61,982 bases of DNA from positions 1 through 61,982 of the forward strand of contig JAGWLG010000019.1 in NCBI GenBank assembly GCA_028864975.1, given 5' to 3'. Each line of letters begins with the position of its first letter. Position 1 is the stretch's first letter. Origin of the DNA: Thermoplasmata archaeon. GTDB taxonomy: Archaea > Thermoplasmatota > Thermoplasmata > Lutacidiplasmatales > UBA184. Both the position numbers and the translations under genes were made by a program. A model generated the notes under the pieces. It had not been told where the DNA came from and ran no database searches. It saw only the letters and a program-made list of their open reading frames with translations. Below are positions 35,525 to 45,625 of this stretch, piece after piece.

Positions 35525-36481
35525 TCAGTACGTCGGCTGGGCCCGTCGGTAAGCGTCCTGGAGCGCCCCCGTGTCCACGTGGGTGTAGATCTGGGTGGTC
35601 GCGACGCTCGCATGGCCCAACTGCTTCTGGATGAACCTCAGGTCGAGGCCGCGCTTGAGCAAGGTCGTCGCGAGCGTGTGCCGAAGGGTGTGGGGCGTGA
35701 CCTTCTTTCCGATGCCCGCGTCGCGGGCCCGCGCCCGGACCATCCGCTCCACGGACTCTCGACAGATCGGGAAGACCCGGGGATCCCCCTGCTCGCCCCG
35801 AACGGCGAGCCACTGACGGACCGCCTCGCACGTGGTCCCGTCGATGACCACCATCCGGTCCTTGTCACCCTTCCCCGACCGCACCCGGAGGAGCCCACCT
35901 TCCAGGTCCAGGTCCTCCACGCTCAGACGGCAGACCTCCCCGACCCGTAGACCGCCGTAGCCCAAGACGTGGAGGAGCGCGAAATCCCTCGGTTCTCCTT
36001 CCGACGAAGTCAGGAGGCGGTGAGCCTCCTCTTCGGTCAAGAAGCCCGGAAGGCGCGCAGGGCGACGGGGCACCTCGACCCCGTCGGCGGCCCGCGAGCC
36101 GAAGGCCCGCAAGAGGAAGGTGATCGCTCGCAGCGCTCCGTAGACCGAGGTCTTCGAACAGTGCTTGGTCAGGACCAGATGTTCCCTCCAGGCCTCGAGG
36201 TCGGAGGGGTTGGTCTCTCGCAGCGGCTTCTTCAGGAAGACCAGGAAGTGCCGCGCCCAGAACACGTACTGCTTGACCGTCCATGGGCTCTTGCCCTCGC
36301 CTTCCATCAAGCGCTGGAAGCGCTCGAGGAGCTCCACGGGGTCATCAGGGACCTCCCGGCCGAACGGTGCGGAGGACGGCGCCGAGGGGCGCACGCCCCC
36401 TCTTGCGACCTTTCCGCGGGTCGGCGGTGGGGACGTTGGGAGCGAGGGCGGGGAGAGGGAGGCTCCGCTATCCACGCTCAA
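35525..36481 (-). CDS. xerA: XerA-like chromosomal tyrosine recombinase
   Basis: GLRVGEV, GKGDKDR, TPHTLRHTLAT, LGHASVATTQIYTH. Confidence 0.85.
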   Translation of the reverse strand: MSVDSGASLSPPSLPTSPPPTRGKVARGGVRPSAPSSAPFGREVPDDPVELLERFQRLMEGEGKSPWTVKQYVFWARHFLVFLKKPLRETNPSDLEAWREHLVLTKHCSKTSVYGALRAITFLLRAFGSRAADGVEVPRRPARLPGFLTEEEAHRLLTSSEGEPRDFALLHVLGYGGLRVGEVCRLSVEDLDLEGGLLRVRSGKGDKDRMVVIDGTTCEAVRQWLAVRGEQGDPRVFPICRESVERMVRARARDAGIGKKVTPHTLRHTLATTLLKRGLDLRFIQKQLGHASVATTQIYTHVDTGALQDAYRRAQPTY

Positions 36482-36573
36482 GGGAACTGCGGGAGGAGGG
36501 CCATTTAAGGGCGGGTTGGACTCGCAAGGGGGGTCGGAGCCGTCAACGTGCCGGCCCCGGAAGGAGCTTCGCG

Positions 36574-37539
36574 ATGGAGTGTACCCAGAAGGGCTGCGGT
36601 GGGCGGGCGCTCATCGACCAGCCCTACGCCGGCGCGCACCTGTGCGCGGCGCACTTCCGCGCCTCGGTGGTCGAGAGGGCGCGGCGCGAGCTCCACCATC
36701 AGGCCCCGAGGCTGAAGGGCGGGACCCTCGCGCTCGCTTTGTCGGGAGGGAAGGACTCCGCGGTGATGACGACGCTCGTCCATCGCATCCTTGGAGGCCG
36801 CCAGGGACTTCAGCTGGTGGCCCTCACCGTCGACGAAGGGATCGAGGGGTACCGGGCCGAGACGATCGCCCCCGCCCGGAAGCTCTGCCGAACCCTGGGG
36901 ATCGAGCATGTGGTCCGTTCCTTCGAGCAGGTGGTGGGGACCACCACCGATGCCACCAGCGCTGCGCTACCGGAGGAGATCCCCTGCTCGTTCTGCGGGG
37001 TGTGGAGGCGGCGCGCGCTCAACCAGATGGCACGCGAGGTGGGCGCGGTCCGGCTCTCCATGGGGTTCAACTTGGACGACCTTGCCCAGACCGTGCTCAT
37101 GAACCTCGCCCGTGGTGAGCCCCATCGATTGAGGCAGATGGCCCCCCACGTCGAGCCGCAGGCGGGGCTCGTCCCGCGCATCGCGCCCTTGGCGATGGTG
37201 CCCGAGCGCGAGGTCTACCTCTACGCCAGGCTCGAGGGGCTCCCGTTCGATCATGCGGTCTGTCCTCACGCCTCCCGCGCGGGACGCAATGTCTTCCGGG
37301 AGGTCCTCTGGCGCCTCGAGGAGGCGGTGCCGGGCACCCGACATGCTTTGCTCCGTACCCGCGAGAAGCTCCTGCCGCTCCTGCTGAGCGACGAAGGGGG
37401 GGCAGGTTCCCCGCATCGGTGTCGGACCTGCGGGGAGCCCTCTTCTGGGGAGGTCTGTCGTCCTTGCGCGTATCGGGAGGCGCTCTCTGGCCTCACTGCG
37501 AGCGATTTTATCTCTGCGCCAGGCTCGGGCCGGACGTGA
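36574..37539 (+). CDS. tRNA 2-thiolation protein (TtuA/Ncs6 family)
   Basis: N- and C-terminal Zn fingers, ALSGGKDS PP-loop, CSFCGVWRR, NLDD. Confidence 0.9.
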   Translation: MECTQKGCGGRALIDQPYAGAHLCAAHFRASVVERARRELHHQAPRLKGGTLALALSGGKDSAVMTTLVHRILGGRQGLQLVALTVDEGIEGYRAETIAPARKLCRTLGIEHVVRSFEQVVGTTTDATSAALPEEIPCSFCGVWRRRALNQMAREVGAVRLSMGFNLDDLAQTVLMNLARGEPHRLRQMAPHVEPQAGLVPRIAPLAMVPEREVYLYARLEGLPFDHAVCPHASRAGRNVFREVLWRLEEAVPGTRHALLRTREKLLPLLLSDEGGAGSPHRCRTCGEPSSGEVCRPCAYREALSGLTASDFISAPGSGRT

Positions 37540-38483
37540 CGACCTCTGCTCCCGCCACCACCATCGCAGCTTCCCCCTCGGCCCCGTCGGGTGGCGGGTC
37601 CCTGCCGGCCTCCCGCCTCTTCGTTGCGGGGGCCGGGATCATGGGGGCGGGCATCGCGGCGCAAGCCGCGCTCGTCGGATGGGAGGTCGACCTCTACGAC
37701 GTCCAGCAGTCCTTCCTCGATCGAGGTCTGGGGGCCGTCCGCAAGGACTTCGAACGCCTGGCCCGCAAGGGGAAGCTCACCGCCGAGCAGGGTGCGCTCG
37801 CGGGGAAGCGCGTGCGGGGGACGCTCTCCCTCGACGCTGCGGGCGAGGCCTCGGTGGTCATGGAGGCGGCCCCGGAACGTCTGGAGCTCAAGCGCGAGCT
37901 CTTCCAGAAGTTGGACAAGGTGTGTCGCCCCGAGGCGCTCCTAGGCACGAACACCTCCTCGCTCTCGGTCACCGCGATCGCGGCCACTGTGAAGGACCCT
38001 GGACGGATGGTGGGGATCCACTTCTTCAACCCCGTCCTGGCGATGGAGCTCGTCGAGGTCATCCCGGGCTTCCGCACCCGGGAGACGGAGGTCGCACGGG
38101 CGAAGGCCTTCGCCCGAGCGCTCGGCAAGACGGTCACCTCGAGCAAGGACGCCCCCGGGTTCGTCACGACCCGGGCCATGGCCGTGCTGGCGAACGAGGC
38201 GATCTGGATGCTCCACGACGGCGTCGCGACGCGGGAGGACATCGACACCGCCCACAAGCTCGGCTTCCACCACCCGATGGGACCGCTCGAGCTCGCGGAC
38301 CTCGTCGGGCTGGACACGATGCTCTCGGTCCTGGAACGTCTCTACACCGGCTTCCGCGACCCCAAGTACCGCGCCTGCCCCCTTCTCGTGAGCATGGTCG
38401 AGGCCGGGCTCTTCGGACGTAAGAGCGGGGAAGGGTTCTACCGCTACGACGTGCCGCGGCCGGGGGGAACTTCCACCTCATGA
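37536..38483 (+). CDS. 3-hydroxyacyl-CoA dehydrogenase
   Basis: GAGIMGAGIA, EAAPE, NTSSLS, HFFNP, HPMGPL. Confidence 0.93.
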   Translation: MTTSAPATTIAASPSAPSGGGSLPASRLFVAGAGIMGAGIAAQAALVGWEVDLYDVQQSFLDRGLGAVRKDFERLARKGKLTAEQGALAGKRVRGTLSLDAAGEASVVMEAAPERLELKRELFQKLDKVCRPEALLGTNTSSLSVTAIAATVKDPGRMVGIHFFNPVLAMELVEVIPGFRTRETEVARAKAFARALGKTVTSSKDAPGFVTTRAMAVLANEAIWMLHDGVATREDIDTAHKLGFHHPMGPLELADLVGLDTMLSVLERLYTGFRDPKYRACPLLVSMVEAGLFGRKSGEGFYRYDVPRPGGTSTS

Positions 38484-39334
38484 ACGGGACGGACGTCCTG
38501 GTCCTGGTCGTCCTCCTCGTCCTCTTCTCGCTCATCGCCCCGCTCGCCTACCTTTCCTGGGTCCGCAAGACCGAGCGCTACAACACCGAGGCCTGGGGGC
38601 CGCTCTTGCGGGCCTTCGGGTACGGGGCTTTCATCGGAACGTTCGTCTCCGCGATCCTCGAGGCGATCTTCCTCGCGGTCTACGCCCAGGTGCTGCAGCC
38701 GGACCTGGGGCTGCCTTCGGGGAGCACGGGGAACGTCGTCTCGCTCCTCGTCCTTGCCGTGGTCATCGCCCCCTTCATCGAGGAGGGGATGAAGGGCGCG
38801 GGGGTCTACGGCATGCGCTCGCGCATCCGCTACGTCGCGGACGGGCTCGTCTTCGGTGCCGCCGTGGGGTTCGGCTTTTCTTTCATCGAGAACCTGCTCT
38901 ACGGCGTCTCCGCCTACGGGCAAGCGGGGCTCGCGGGGTTCTTGGCCACGATCATCGTCCGTTCCTTCTCCAGCAGCCTCCTCCACGGTAGCGCGACGGC
39001 CATGACCGGGCTCGGGGTGGCGGAGAGCGAGCTCCGGAAGGGGAAGGGGCATCTTCTCGCGGGGTACTACCTGCTCGCCGTCACGATGCACGGGACGTTC
39101 AACGCGCTGGCCTCGCTGCCGTTGATCCTCTCGCTCTACTACCCAAGCCTCCCCGCCTCCACGCAGAACGAGCTGAGCGTGGTCGCCCTGCTGGCGGCCA
39201 TCATCTTCGCCGTGAGCGTCTTCAGCCATGTCCGGACCCGGATCACCGAGATGCAGTACCAAGGCGTGCACGGACTTCCGATACCGACTGCGGGTTACGC
39301 TTACCCTTCGATGCGGACCTCCGGGCGTCGGTGA
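38480..39334 (+). CDS. PrsW-family intramembrane metalloprotease
   Basis: APFIEEGMK, GFSFIEN, LLH, MHGTFN. Confidence 0.88.
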   Translation: MNGTDVLVLVVLLVLFSLIAPLAYLSWVRKTERYNTEAWGPLLRAFGYGAFIGTFVSAILEAIFLAVYAQVLQPDLGLPSGSTGNVVSLLVLAVVIAPFIEEGMKGAGVYGMRSRIRYVADGLVFGAAVGFGFSFIENLLYGVSAYGQAGLAGFLATIIVRSFSSSLLHGSATAMTGLGVAESELRKGKGHLLAGYYLLAVTMHGTFNALASLPLILSLYYPSLPASTQNELSVVALLAAIIFAVSVFSHVRTRITEMQYQGVHGLPIPTAGYAYPSMRTSGRR

Positions 39335-39407
39335 ACTTCCGCGGGGGGGTTATTCTTCGCTGGTCCGGCACAAGCGGCTAAGTCCAGGTCCCGTAGCCCC
39401 GGGGGAG

Positions 39408-40340
39408 ATGTCCGTCCCTGTTGCCCCTGAGCTGCGCGCAAAGTACTCTCGCATCGTGCGAGAGGCGCTCCCCGGTTACAGTCCGCGACGGATCGCGCTC
39501 AACGCTCAGGGAGCTCTGAACATCGTCTTCGATGTCGATGGGCGGTTCATCTTCCGCTTCCCCCGTGCGGAGCGAGGGGCGAAGCTCCTCGCGATGGAGT
39601 GCAGGCTGCTCCCTCGTCTCGCCCGACACCTCCCCCTCGCGATCCCCGAGCCCTTCGTCGTAGGTAGCCTCCCCGGCCGCCATGAGTGGCCATTCATGGG
39701 ATACGAAAGGATCCCCGGTCGTCAGCTTCAGTGGGCACGTCTCTCCGAGCCGCGCTTCCGGGCGCTCGTTCGAGGCCTGGCTCCTACGTTCCAACGACTG
39801 GCGACCTTCCCGGTCCGGGAGGCGACGCGACTCGGCGTCCCCGGCGGCGATCCCCCGACCTTCCGCCAGGAGATGACGGACCTCTACGAGAGCCTGAAGA
39901 AGCACGGCTATCCGGCGATCCCGGACGAGCTGCGGTCTCAGCTTGACGGACGCTTCAGGGCCTATCTCGACGCCCCGGACAACTTCCGATTCCGACCTAC
40001 CCTCCTCCACGGGGAGGTCCACTCCTCCCATGTGCTCTGGAAGACCGAGCGCGTGAGCGGACTCATCGACTGGGGGTTCGCCTCCATCGGGGACCCGGCA
40101 CGGGATTTCGCACCCTGGGTGGCCCACTTCGGTACCCGGGGGATCCCCCAACTGATGGAGGGAAGGACAGGCCCGCACGACCGGACCTTTCTCGAGAGGC
40201 TGGAGTTCTACCGCCTGTTGATCCCGATCTGGCAGATCCGCAATCGAGCGTGGGAGGGGAACCTCAAGGGGGCGAAGGAGGCCGTCGGGTGGCTCCGGAG
40301 GGCCCTGAAGCTCCCGGCGACGGAAGGCTGGAGCCGCTAA
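39408..40340 (+). CDS. Aminoglycoside phosphotransferase-family (APH-like) kinase
   Basis: FIFRFPR, LLHGEVHSSHVL, GLIDWG..GDPARD. Confidence 0.82.
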   Translation: MSVPVAPELRAKYSRIVREALPGYSPRRIALNAQGALNIVFDVDGRFIFRFPRAERGAKLLAMECRLLPRLARHLPLAIPEPFVVGSLPGRHEWPFMGYERIPGRQLQWARLSEPRFRALVRGLAPTFQRLATFPVREATRLGVPGGDPPTFRQEMTDLYESLKKHGYPAIPDELRSQLDGRFRAYLDAPDNFRFRPTLLHGEVHSSHVLWKTERVSGLIDWGFASIGDPARDFAPWVAHFGTRGIPQLMEGRTGPHDRTFLERLEFYRLLIPIWQIRNRAWEGNLKGAKEAVGWLRRALKLPATEGWSR

Positions 40341-40534
40341 CCGCGCCAGAATCGCACTCGACGACGGCGCGCGGGCCTGGCGGGCTTCTCCGGCTCCACG
40401 TCACCGAGACACGCGCCCGCGGTCCCTCCCTCCCCTCCTTCCACCCACGGCTCGATCGGGTGGATGCGGCAGAACGCCTGCCCGCACCTGCCTGCGTGCG
40501 CCTGTCTATGACAGGCGACGGGCGCGAGAGCGCT

Positions 40535-40960
40535 CTATGACGGGGGAGCCGCCTGGCGCGAGGAAGGGTCGGAGGACTCGCCTTCGCCACGATGGCTCCA
40601 CTGGTCCGCGCTCACCTTGGCGTAGAGCTCGCCGGCTTCGTCCTTCTGCGGAGGGGGAGGGGGGTGCGCCGCGGCACCGATCGAGGCCTTGCGCAAGAGC
40701 CAGTAATGGATCCTCCAGGTCTTGCCCTTCGCGACCTGAGCGTCCTCCTCTTCGCTCGTGAGGAGGCCTTCCTCCTCCAGCTGGTAGAACATGTCGCGGT
40801 CCTCGTTCGAGAGGACGTTGTCCAGGACCATCTCCTCCGGTCCGAAGTAGTTCAGGACCTGCGTGGCCATCGCCTCCGCGCTCTCGGAGGGGAGCTTTCC
40901 ATGGGCCACCAAGGTGTTGCGGATCGCCTCGGTGAGCTCTTCTACCGTAACTACGGCCAC
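40535..40960 (-). CDS. DUF6015-like conserved Thermoplasmata protein
   Basis: VLNYFG...DNVL..EDRDMFYQLEEEGLL...WRIHYW; GTG start at 40960. Confidence 0.7.
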   Translation of the reverse strand: MAVVTVEELTEAIRNTLVAHGKLPSESAEAMATQVLNYFGPEEMVLDNVLSNEDRDMFYQLEEEGLLTSEEEDAQVAKGKTWRIHYWLLRKASIGAAAHPPPPPQKDEAGELYAKVSADQWSHRGEGESSDPSSRQAAPPS

Positions 40961-41093
40961 GTCACGCGGATTGGTGGGGAGGTAAAAAGGCCGAGGTCGA
41001 GGACATGCCACGGCCTTACCTTCCTGCCCCTGGCGCCTCGGAGGGGGACCGCACGGGGGCAACCTTCTTGGGGAACGGGGATGGGCCCCCCCC

Positions 41094-42377
41094 GTGAGCT
41101 CCGGACCTCCCGCGACCCCCGCCTCTCCCGCCCCCGGGTTCCTCTCGGAGGAGGGGGCAGCGTCGGTGGCCTCGAAGCTCCTCGCCCGATCCGAGCGCCT
41201 CTGCCCGGAGTGCCGGGGGCGAACCCTGGGCAGGCTGGGCCACGGCTACTCCAATCCAGAGCGGTTGCGCGCCGCGACATCCGAGTTGGGCGCTCCCCTT
41301 CCGACCCCTCTCGAGAACCCGGAGGATTGCGAGCTCTGCGCGGGGGCCTTCGACCGCATCCCGAGGTGGGTCGAGCGTTGCCGAGCGGCGGCCGAAGGGT
41401 GGGAGTGGGCCACCTTCCGCTGCGGCTCGCGTTGGGACCCCGAGCGCCTCGCCCGCGAGGAGGCCCTCTGGGCCGAGGTCGGGTCGTCCTGGGGGGAGAG
41501 CGTCCGCACGGCGTTCAACCGCGAGCTCGGCAAGGCCCTCTCCTCCGCCACCGGGAAGCCGGGGAACGTCGACCCACCGGACCTGGTGTTCCTGGCCGAC
41601 GTCCCTGCCGGGCTCGCGTCCATCACGGTCTCTCCTATCTTCTATTATGGTAGGTACCGGAAGTTGGACCGTACCCTCCCCCAGACCCGATGGCCCTGTC
41701 GGGCGTGCCACGGGAAGGGGTGTACCCGGTGCGAGGGGACCGGGAAGATGTACCGCGAGAGCGTCGAGGAGCTCGTGGGGGGGCCCTTGTTGTCCCTCGC
41801 CCAAGGCGAGGGCCATGCCTTCCATGGGATGGGGAGGGAGGACATCGACGCGCGGATGCTTGGGCGCGGTCGGCCCTTCGTCCTGGAGATCTCCCGGCCC
41901 CGAAAGAGGACCCTCCCGCTCGAGGAAGGGCTCCGACGCATCTCCGAGGGGGCCCAAGGGAGGGTGGAGGTCGAGGGGCTCGCCCCCTGCACGGGAGGGG
42001 AGGTGGAGCGGGTCAAGGCCGCCCGGCCCGACAAGACCTACCGGGTGGTGGTCCGGCCCTCCGTCCTCGAAGAGAAGCTTAATGAAGTTCGGCTCGTGCT
42101 CGAGGGCCGCCCTCTGGAGCAGAGGACCCCGACGCGCGTCGCGCACCGACGCGCCGATCTCCGACGGCTCCGGACGGTCAAGAGCGTGAGGTACGTGACG
42201 TCGGACGCGGAGAGCTCCACCCTGGAGGTCCGGGCCGAGGCGGGAACGTACATCAAGGAGTTCGTCGACGGGGACGGCGGGCGCACGCGACCCAGCCTCT
42301 CCGAGCTCTTGGGAGTCGCCTTGAAGGTCCAGGCGCTGGACGTGCTCGAGGTCCACGACGGCGCGGAGGTGGCGTAG
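41094..42377 (+). CDS. pus10: tRNA pseudouridine 54/55 synthase Pus10
   Basis: YGRYRKLDR.LPQTRWPC, FHGMGREDIDARMLG.GRPF, AGTYIKEF. Confidence 0.95.
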   Translation: MSSGPPATPASPAPGFLSEEGAASVASKLLARSERLCPECRGRTLGRLGHGYSNPERLRAATSELGAPLPTPLENPEDCELCAGAFDRIPRWVERCRAAAEGWEWATFRCGSRWDPERLAREEALWAEVGSSWGESVRTAFNRELGKALSSATGKPGNVDPPDLVFLADVPAGLASITVSPIFYYGRYRKLDRTLPQTRWPCRACHGKGCTRCEGTGKMYRESVEELVGGPLLSLAQGEGHAFHGMGREDIDARMLGRGRPFVLEISRPRKRTLPLEEGLRRISEGAQGRVEVEGLAPCTGGEVERVKAARPDKTYRVVVRPSVLEEKLNEVRLVLEGRPLEQRTPTRVAHRRADLRRLRTVKSVRYVTSDAESSTLEVRAEAGTYIKEFVDGDGGRTRPSLSELLGVALKVQALDVLEVHDGAEVA

Positions 42378-42677
42378 ATGGTGAAGAGCTCGAAGGGCTT
42401 CCGCTCGCGCACCCGAGGCGTCCTGACCAAGCACGTCCGCGAGCGCGGGATGCCCGCCCCCACGCGCTACCTGACGGTCTTCGAGCCCGGCTCGAAGGTC
42501 CTGGTCCGGCTCGAGCCCTCCGACCCGCACGGGATGCCGCACCCCCGCTACCAGGGGAAGGTCTGCACCGTGATCGGGCGGCGCGGACGCAGCTTCGAGG
42601 TCGAGTTCCTGGACGGGGGGAAGCGCAAGGTCTTGATCTCCAATCCGGTCCACCTTGTCCCCATGGAGTCGGCATGA
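42378..42677 (+). CDS. rpl21e: 50S ribosomal protein L21e
   Basis: SKGFRSRTR, GMPHPRYQG, PVHL. Confidence 0.96.
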   Translation: MVKSSKGFRSRTRGVLTKHVRERGMPAPTRYLTVFEPGSKVLVRLEPSDPHGMPHPRYQGKVCTVIGRRGRSFEVEFLDGGKRKVLISNPVHLVPMESA

Positions 42678-42988
42678 CCGAGACCATCCCGCTCTCCCGG
42701 GTGAAGGACCTCCTGTCGGAGGAGGCCGGGAAGCGCACGCTCTCCCGCGAGGCGCAGCTCGCGCTCGCCCATGCCGAGGCCTCCCTCAAGCTCACGCCGA
42801 AGGACACGGAGAAGATCCTGGAGGACCTGAAGGCCTTCTCGTACCTCGACCCCATCCTCGCCACCAAGATCGCGGACATCCTTCCGCAGTGGCCCGAGGA
42901 GGTCCGTCTCCTCGCCTCCAAGGACCGGACGCTGCTCGACGAGGAGCAGGTGAAGGCCATCCTGGACCTCACCGCCAAGTACCGATGA
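42674..42988 (+). CDS. rpoF: RNA polymerase subunit Rpo4 (RpoF)
   Basis: KIADILPQ..EEVR; conserved position after rpl21e. Confidence 0.9.
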   Translation: MTETIPLSRVKDLLSEEAGKRTLSREAQLALAHAEASLKLTPKDTEKILEDLKAFSYLDPILATKIADILPQWPEEVRLLASKDRTLLDEEQVKAILDLTAKYR

Positions 42989-43003
42989 CCCACCGAGGTT
43001 ACC

Positions 43004-43558
43004 GTGGAGCGCTACGCCTGGGTCCTCGACTTCCTGCCCGCAGGTCGGTCCACCGACCGCGTGCCGCATAAGGAACCGATCGCGATCGCCGTCGGCCAGG
43101 ACGAGCTCAAGCTGCTCGAGGTCGTGCTGCGGCCCGGGACGACGCTCGAGCCGCTGACCCGGCTCGACCTCACGCCCCCGGAAGGTTCGCAGGTCCCTCC
43201 GCCTCCCGTCGACCATGTCCGCCGCCGCATCGGGTTCCCGGAGCTCACGACCGCCTCCCGCTCGGAGCTTCCCCACGCGCTCGAGGGGATCGTCCGGGCG
43301 TCGCCCGAGCGCTTCCTTAAGTTCTTCAACGAGGCCCCCGCGCTCTCCCGCCGCTTCCACATGCTGGAGCTCCTCCCGGGGATCGGCAAGAAGACGATGT
43401 GGGAGGTCATCGAGGAGCGGCGGAAGAAGCCGTTCGCGAGCTTCGAGGAGATCGAGACCCGCACGAGGCTCAGGACGCCCATCCTCTCCGTGGTCGAACG
43501 CATCGAGAAGGAGCTGTCGGGTGAGGACGAGAAGTACCGGCTCTTCGTCCCGCGCTGA
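43004..43558 (+). CDS. DUF655-family predicted RNA-binding protein
   Basis: AWVLDFLP.G, LELLPGIGKK, PF.SFEEI; conserved synteny. Confidence 0.9.
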   Translation: MERYAWVLDFLPAGRSTDRVPHKEPIAIAVGQDELKLLEVVLRPGTTLEPLTRLDLTPPEGSQVPPPPVDHVRRRIGFPELTTASRSELPHALEGIVRASPERFLKFFNEAPALSRRFHMLELLPGIGKKTMWEVIEERRKKPFASFEEIETRTRLRTPILSVVERIEKELSGEDEKYRLFVPR

Positions 43559-43592
43559 GCGGCCCGGAGGTCGACGGCGATCCTCCCGCGGC

Positions 43593-44459
43593 GTGCGCGG
43601 GGCCGTCCCGTCCACGCCCGAGGAGGTCGCCTCGGTCCTGGAGCTCCTCGGCATCGCCCCCTCGCGCGGACTGGGGCAGAGCTTTCTCATCGACCCGTCG
43701 GTGGCCGCCCGAGAAGCGGCGCTCCTCGACCTTCCCCCCGGCAGCGAGGTCGTCGAGGTGGGGGGCGGTCTGGGACAGCTCACGCACGCGCTGGTCGAGC
43801 GCGGGTTCCGCGTAACGGTCATCGAGCGAGACCCCAAGCTCGCAGCGTACCTCTCGGTCAACTTCGGCGAGCGCGTGAAGGTCGTGGAGGGCGACGCGCG
43901 CACCGCACAGCTTCCCCGGACCGACGCTTTCGTGGGCAACCTTCCCTTCTCGGCGGGGCACGAGATCCTCGGACGGCTGATCGACGCAGGGATGGAGCAC
44001 GGAGCCTTCCTGCTGCAGAAGGAGGTCGCCGAGCGTCTCAGCTCCCCCCCGGGTTCTCGCAGCTACGGGCGCCCGACGATCCTTTTCCGGACCCAGGGGG
44101 AGTTCCTGATGGCCGGTACGGTCCCTTCGAGCGCCTTCCATCCCATGCCCGCGGTCCAGGGTGCGCTCGTCGTCTGGGGACGCGACCCCATCGAGCCGCC
44201 GGTGAAGGACCGCGCGCGTCTCGAGCTCCTGCTGGACGCCTCCTTCGCGCAGCGGAGGAAGGTCCTGGCGAGGACACTTCCCGCCGCTCTCGCCTACCGC
44301 TTCCGCCTCTCGGTGGACGAGGTGCCCTCGCTCCTCGAGAAGGCAGCGTGGAGGACCGGCTGGGCCCGCCGGAGGGCGGAGGAGATCACGCCACAGGAGT
44401 ACGTGGCGCTCGCGAACCTTCTCCCGGCCCCGAGGACCGCGACGCCGCGGGCGAGGTAG
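43593..44459 (+). CDS. rsmA: 16S rRNA adenine dimethyltransferase (RsmA/KsgA/Dim1)
   Basis: LGQSFLID, EVGGGLG, NLPF, QKEVAERL, F.P.P.V; start approximate. Confidence 0.92.
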   Translation: MRGAVPSTPEEVASVLELLGIAPSRGLGQSFLIDPSVAAREAALLDLPPGSEVVEVGGGLGQLTHALVERGFRVTVIERDPKLAAYLSVNFGERVKVVEGDARTAQLPRTDAFVGNLPFSAGHEILGRLIDAGMEHGAFLLQKEVAERLSSPPGSRSYGRPTILFRTQGEFLMAGTVPSSAFHPMPAVQGALVVWGRDPIEPPVKDRARLELLLDASFAQRRKVLARTLPAALAYRFRLSVDEVPSLLEKAAWRTGWARRRAEEITPQEYVALANLLPAPRTATPRAR

Positions 44460-44575
44460 GGCCACCCCGATTCCCGACCGCGGAACACGTTCGTGCCCCG
44501 TGGACCGCTCGCCGTATGCTACGCCGACGCAAGCTCTGATATACCGACCGGGTCTCGGGACGGTGGGAGCGGCTC

Positions 44576-45496
44576 ATGCGAGAGGGAATCGTTTACGTAG
44601 ATGGCAAATGGTCCACCCCCGAGCACGCGAAGATCTCCGTTTTCGACCACGGATTGCTCTACGGCGACGGGGTCTTCGAAGGGATCCGGTTCTACAATGG
44701 TCGGGTCTTCAAGCTGGACCGACACATCGACCGGATGTTCGAGTCGGCTCGCCTGATCGGGCTCACGCCTTCGGTCACGAAGGAGGAGTTCCGCGACATC
44801 ATCCTCGAGACCTGCCGAAGGAGCGGGCTCACCGACGGATACCTTCGTCCCGTGTTCACGCGGGGCGAGGGGGACCTAGGCCTTGACCCGCGAAAGGCGA
44901 AGCGCTCGAGCACCGTGGTCATCTGCTCGACCATCTCCCTATATGGTGACAAGCACCGGACGGGGCTCACGGCCATCGTCGCGCAGGTGCGGCGCCCGCC
45001 CCGTGTCTGCCTGAACCCGAACGTCAAGTCGCTGAACTACCTCAACAACATCCTGGCGAAGAGCGAGGCGAACGCCCGGGGCGCGGACGAGGCGCTCATG
45101 CTCGACCTTGAGGGGAACGTCGCGGAGATGAGCGCGGACAACCTCTTCGTGGTGAAGGGCCGCACCGTCTACACTCCTCAGACCTCGAACTGCCTGGTCG
45201 GGATCACCCGGGAAACGATCCTCGAGCTCTGCGAGGGCCGTTACCCGGTGCGCACGGAGATGTTCAAGCTCGACTTCGCGCTCCAGGCGGAGGAGGTCTT
45301 CCTGACCGGGACCGGCGGCGAAGTCGCCCCGGTCATCAGCGTCGAGGGTCACCCCATCGGGAACGGGAAGCCCGGACCCGTCACCGTGGAGCTCCAGCAG
45401 CGCTACTTCGACCTCGTCCGGAGCACCGGCACCCCGATCCCGAGCGGCAACGGCGGCTCGGTCTCGACGAAGGCCGCGGCCTCCTCGCCCGCGTAG
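44576..45496 (+). CDS. ilvE: Branched-chain amino acid aminotransferase
   Basis: DHGLLYGDGVFEG, KSLNY, E.SADN, GITR, GTGGE. Confidence 0.95.
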   Translation: MREGIVYVDGKWSTPEHAKISVFDHGLLYGDGVFEGIRFYNGRVFKLDRHIDRMFESARLIGLTPSVTKEEFRDIILETCRRSGLTDGYLRPVFTRGEGDLGLDPRKAKRSSTVVICSTISLYGDKHRTGLTAIVAQVRRPPRVCLNPNVKSLNYLNNILAKSEANARGADEALMLDLEGNVAEMSADNLFVVKGRTVYTPQTSNCLVGITRETILELCEGRYPVRTEMFKLDFALQAEEVFLTGTGGEVAPVISVEGHPIGNGKPGPVTVELQQRYFDLVRSTGTPIPSGNGGSVSTKAAASSPA

Positions 45497-45625
45497 CGCT
45501 CCTCCCTCCGACCGTCCCTATCGGAGATCCACAGACCCTCGTGCAGTACCAAGTACTTCCTGTACACCACCCACTGCTGCCCCGGGCAACAACGCTATGG
45601 TCCGGCAGCGCCCCGGAAGAGGAAC

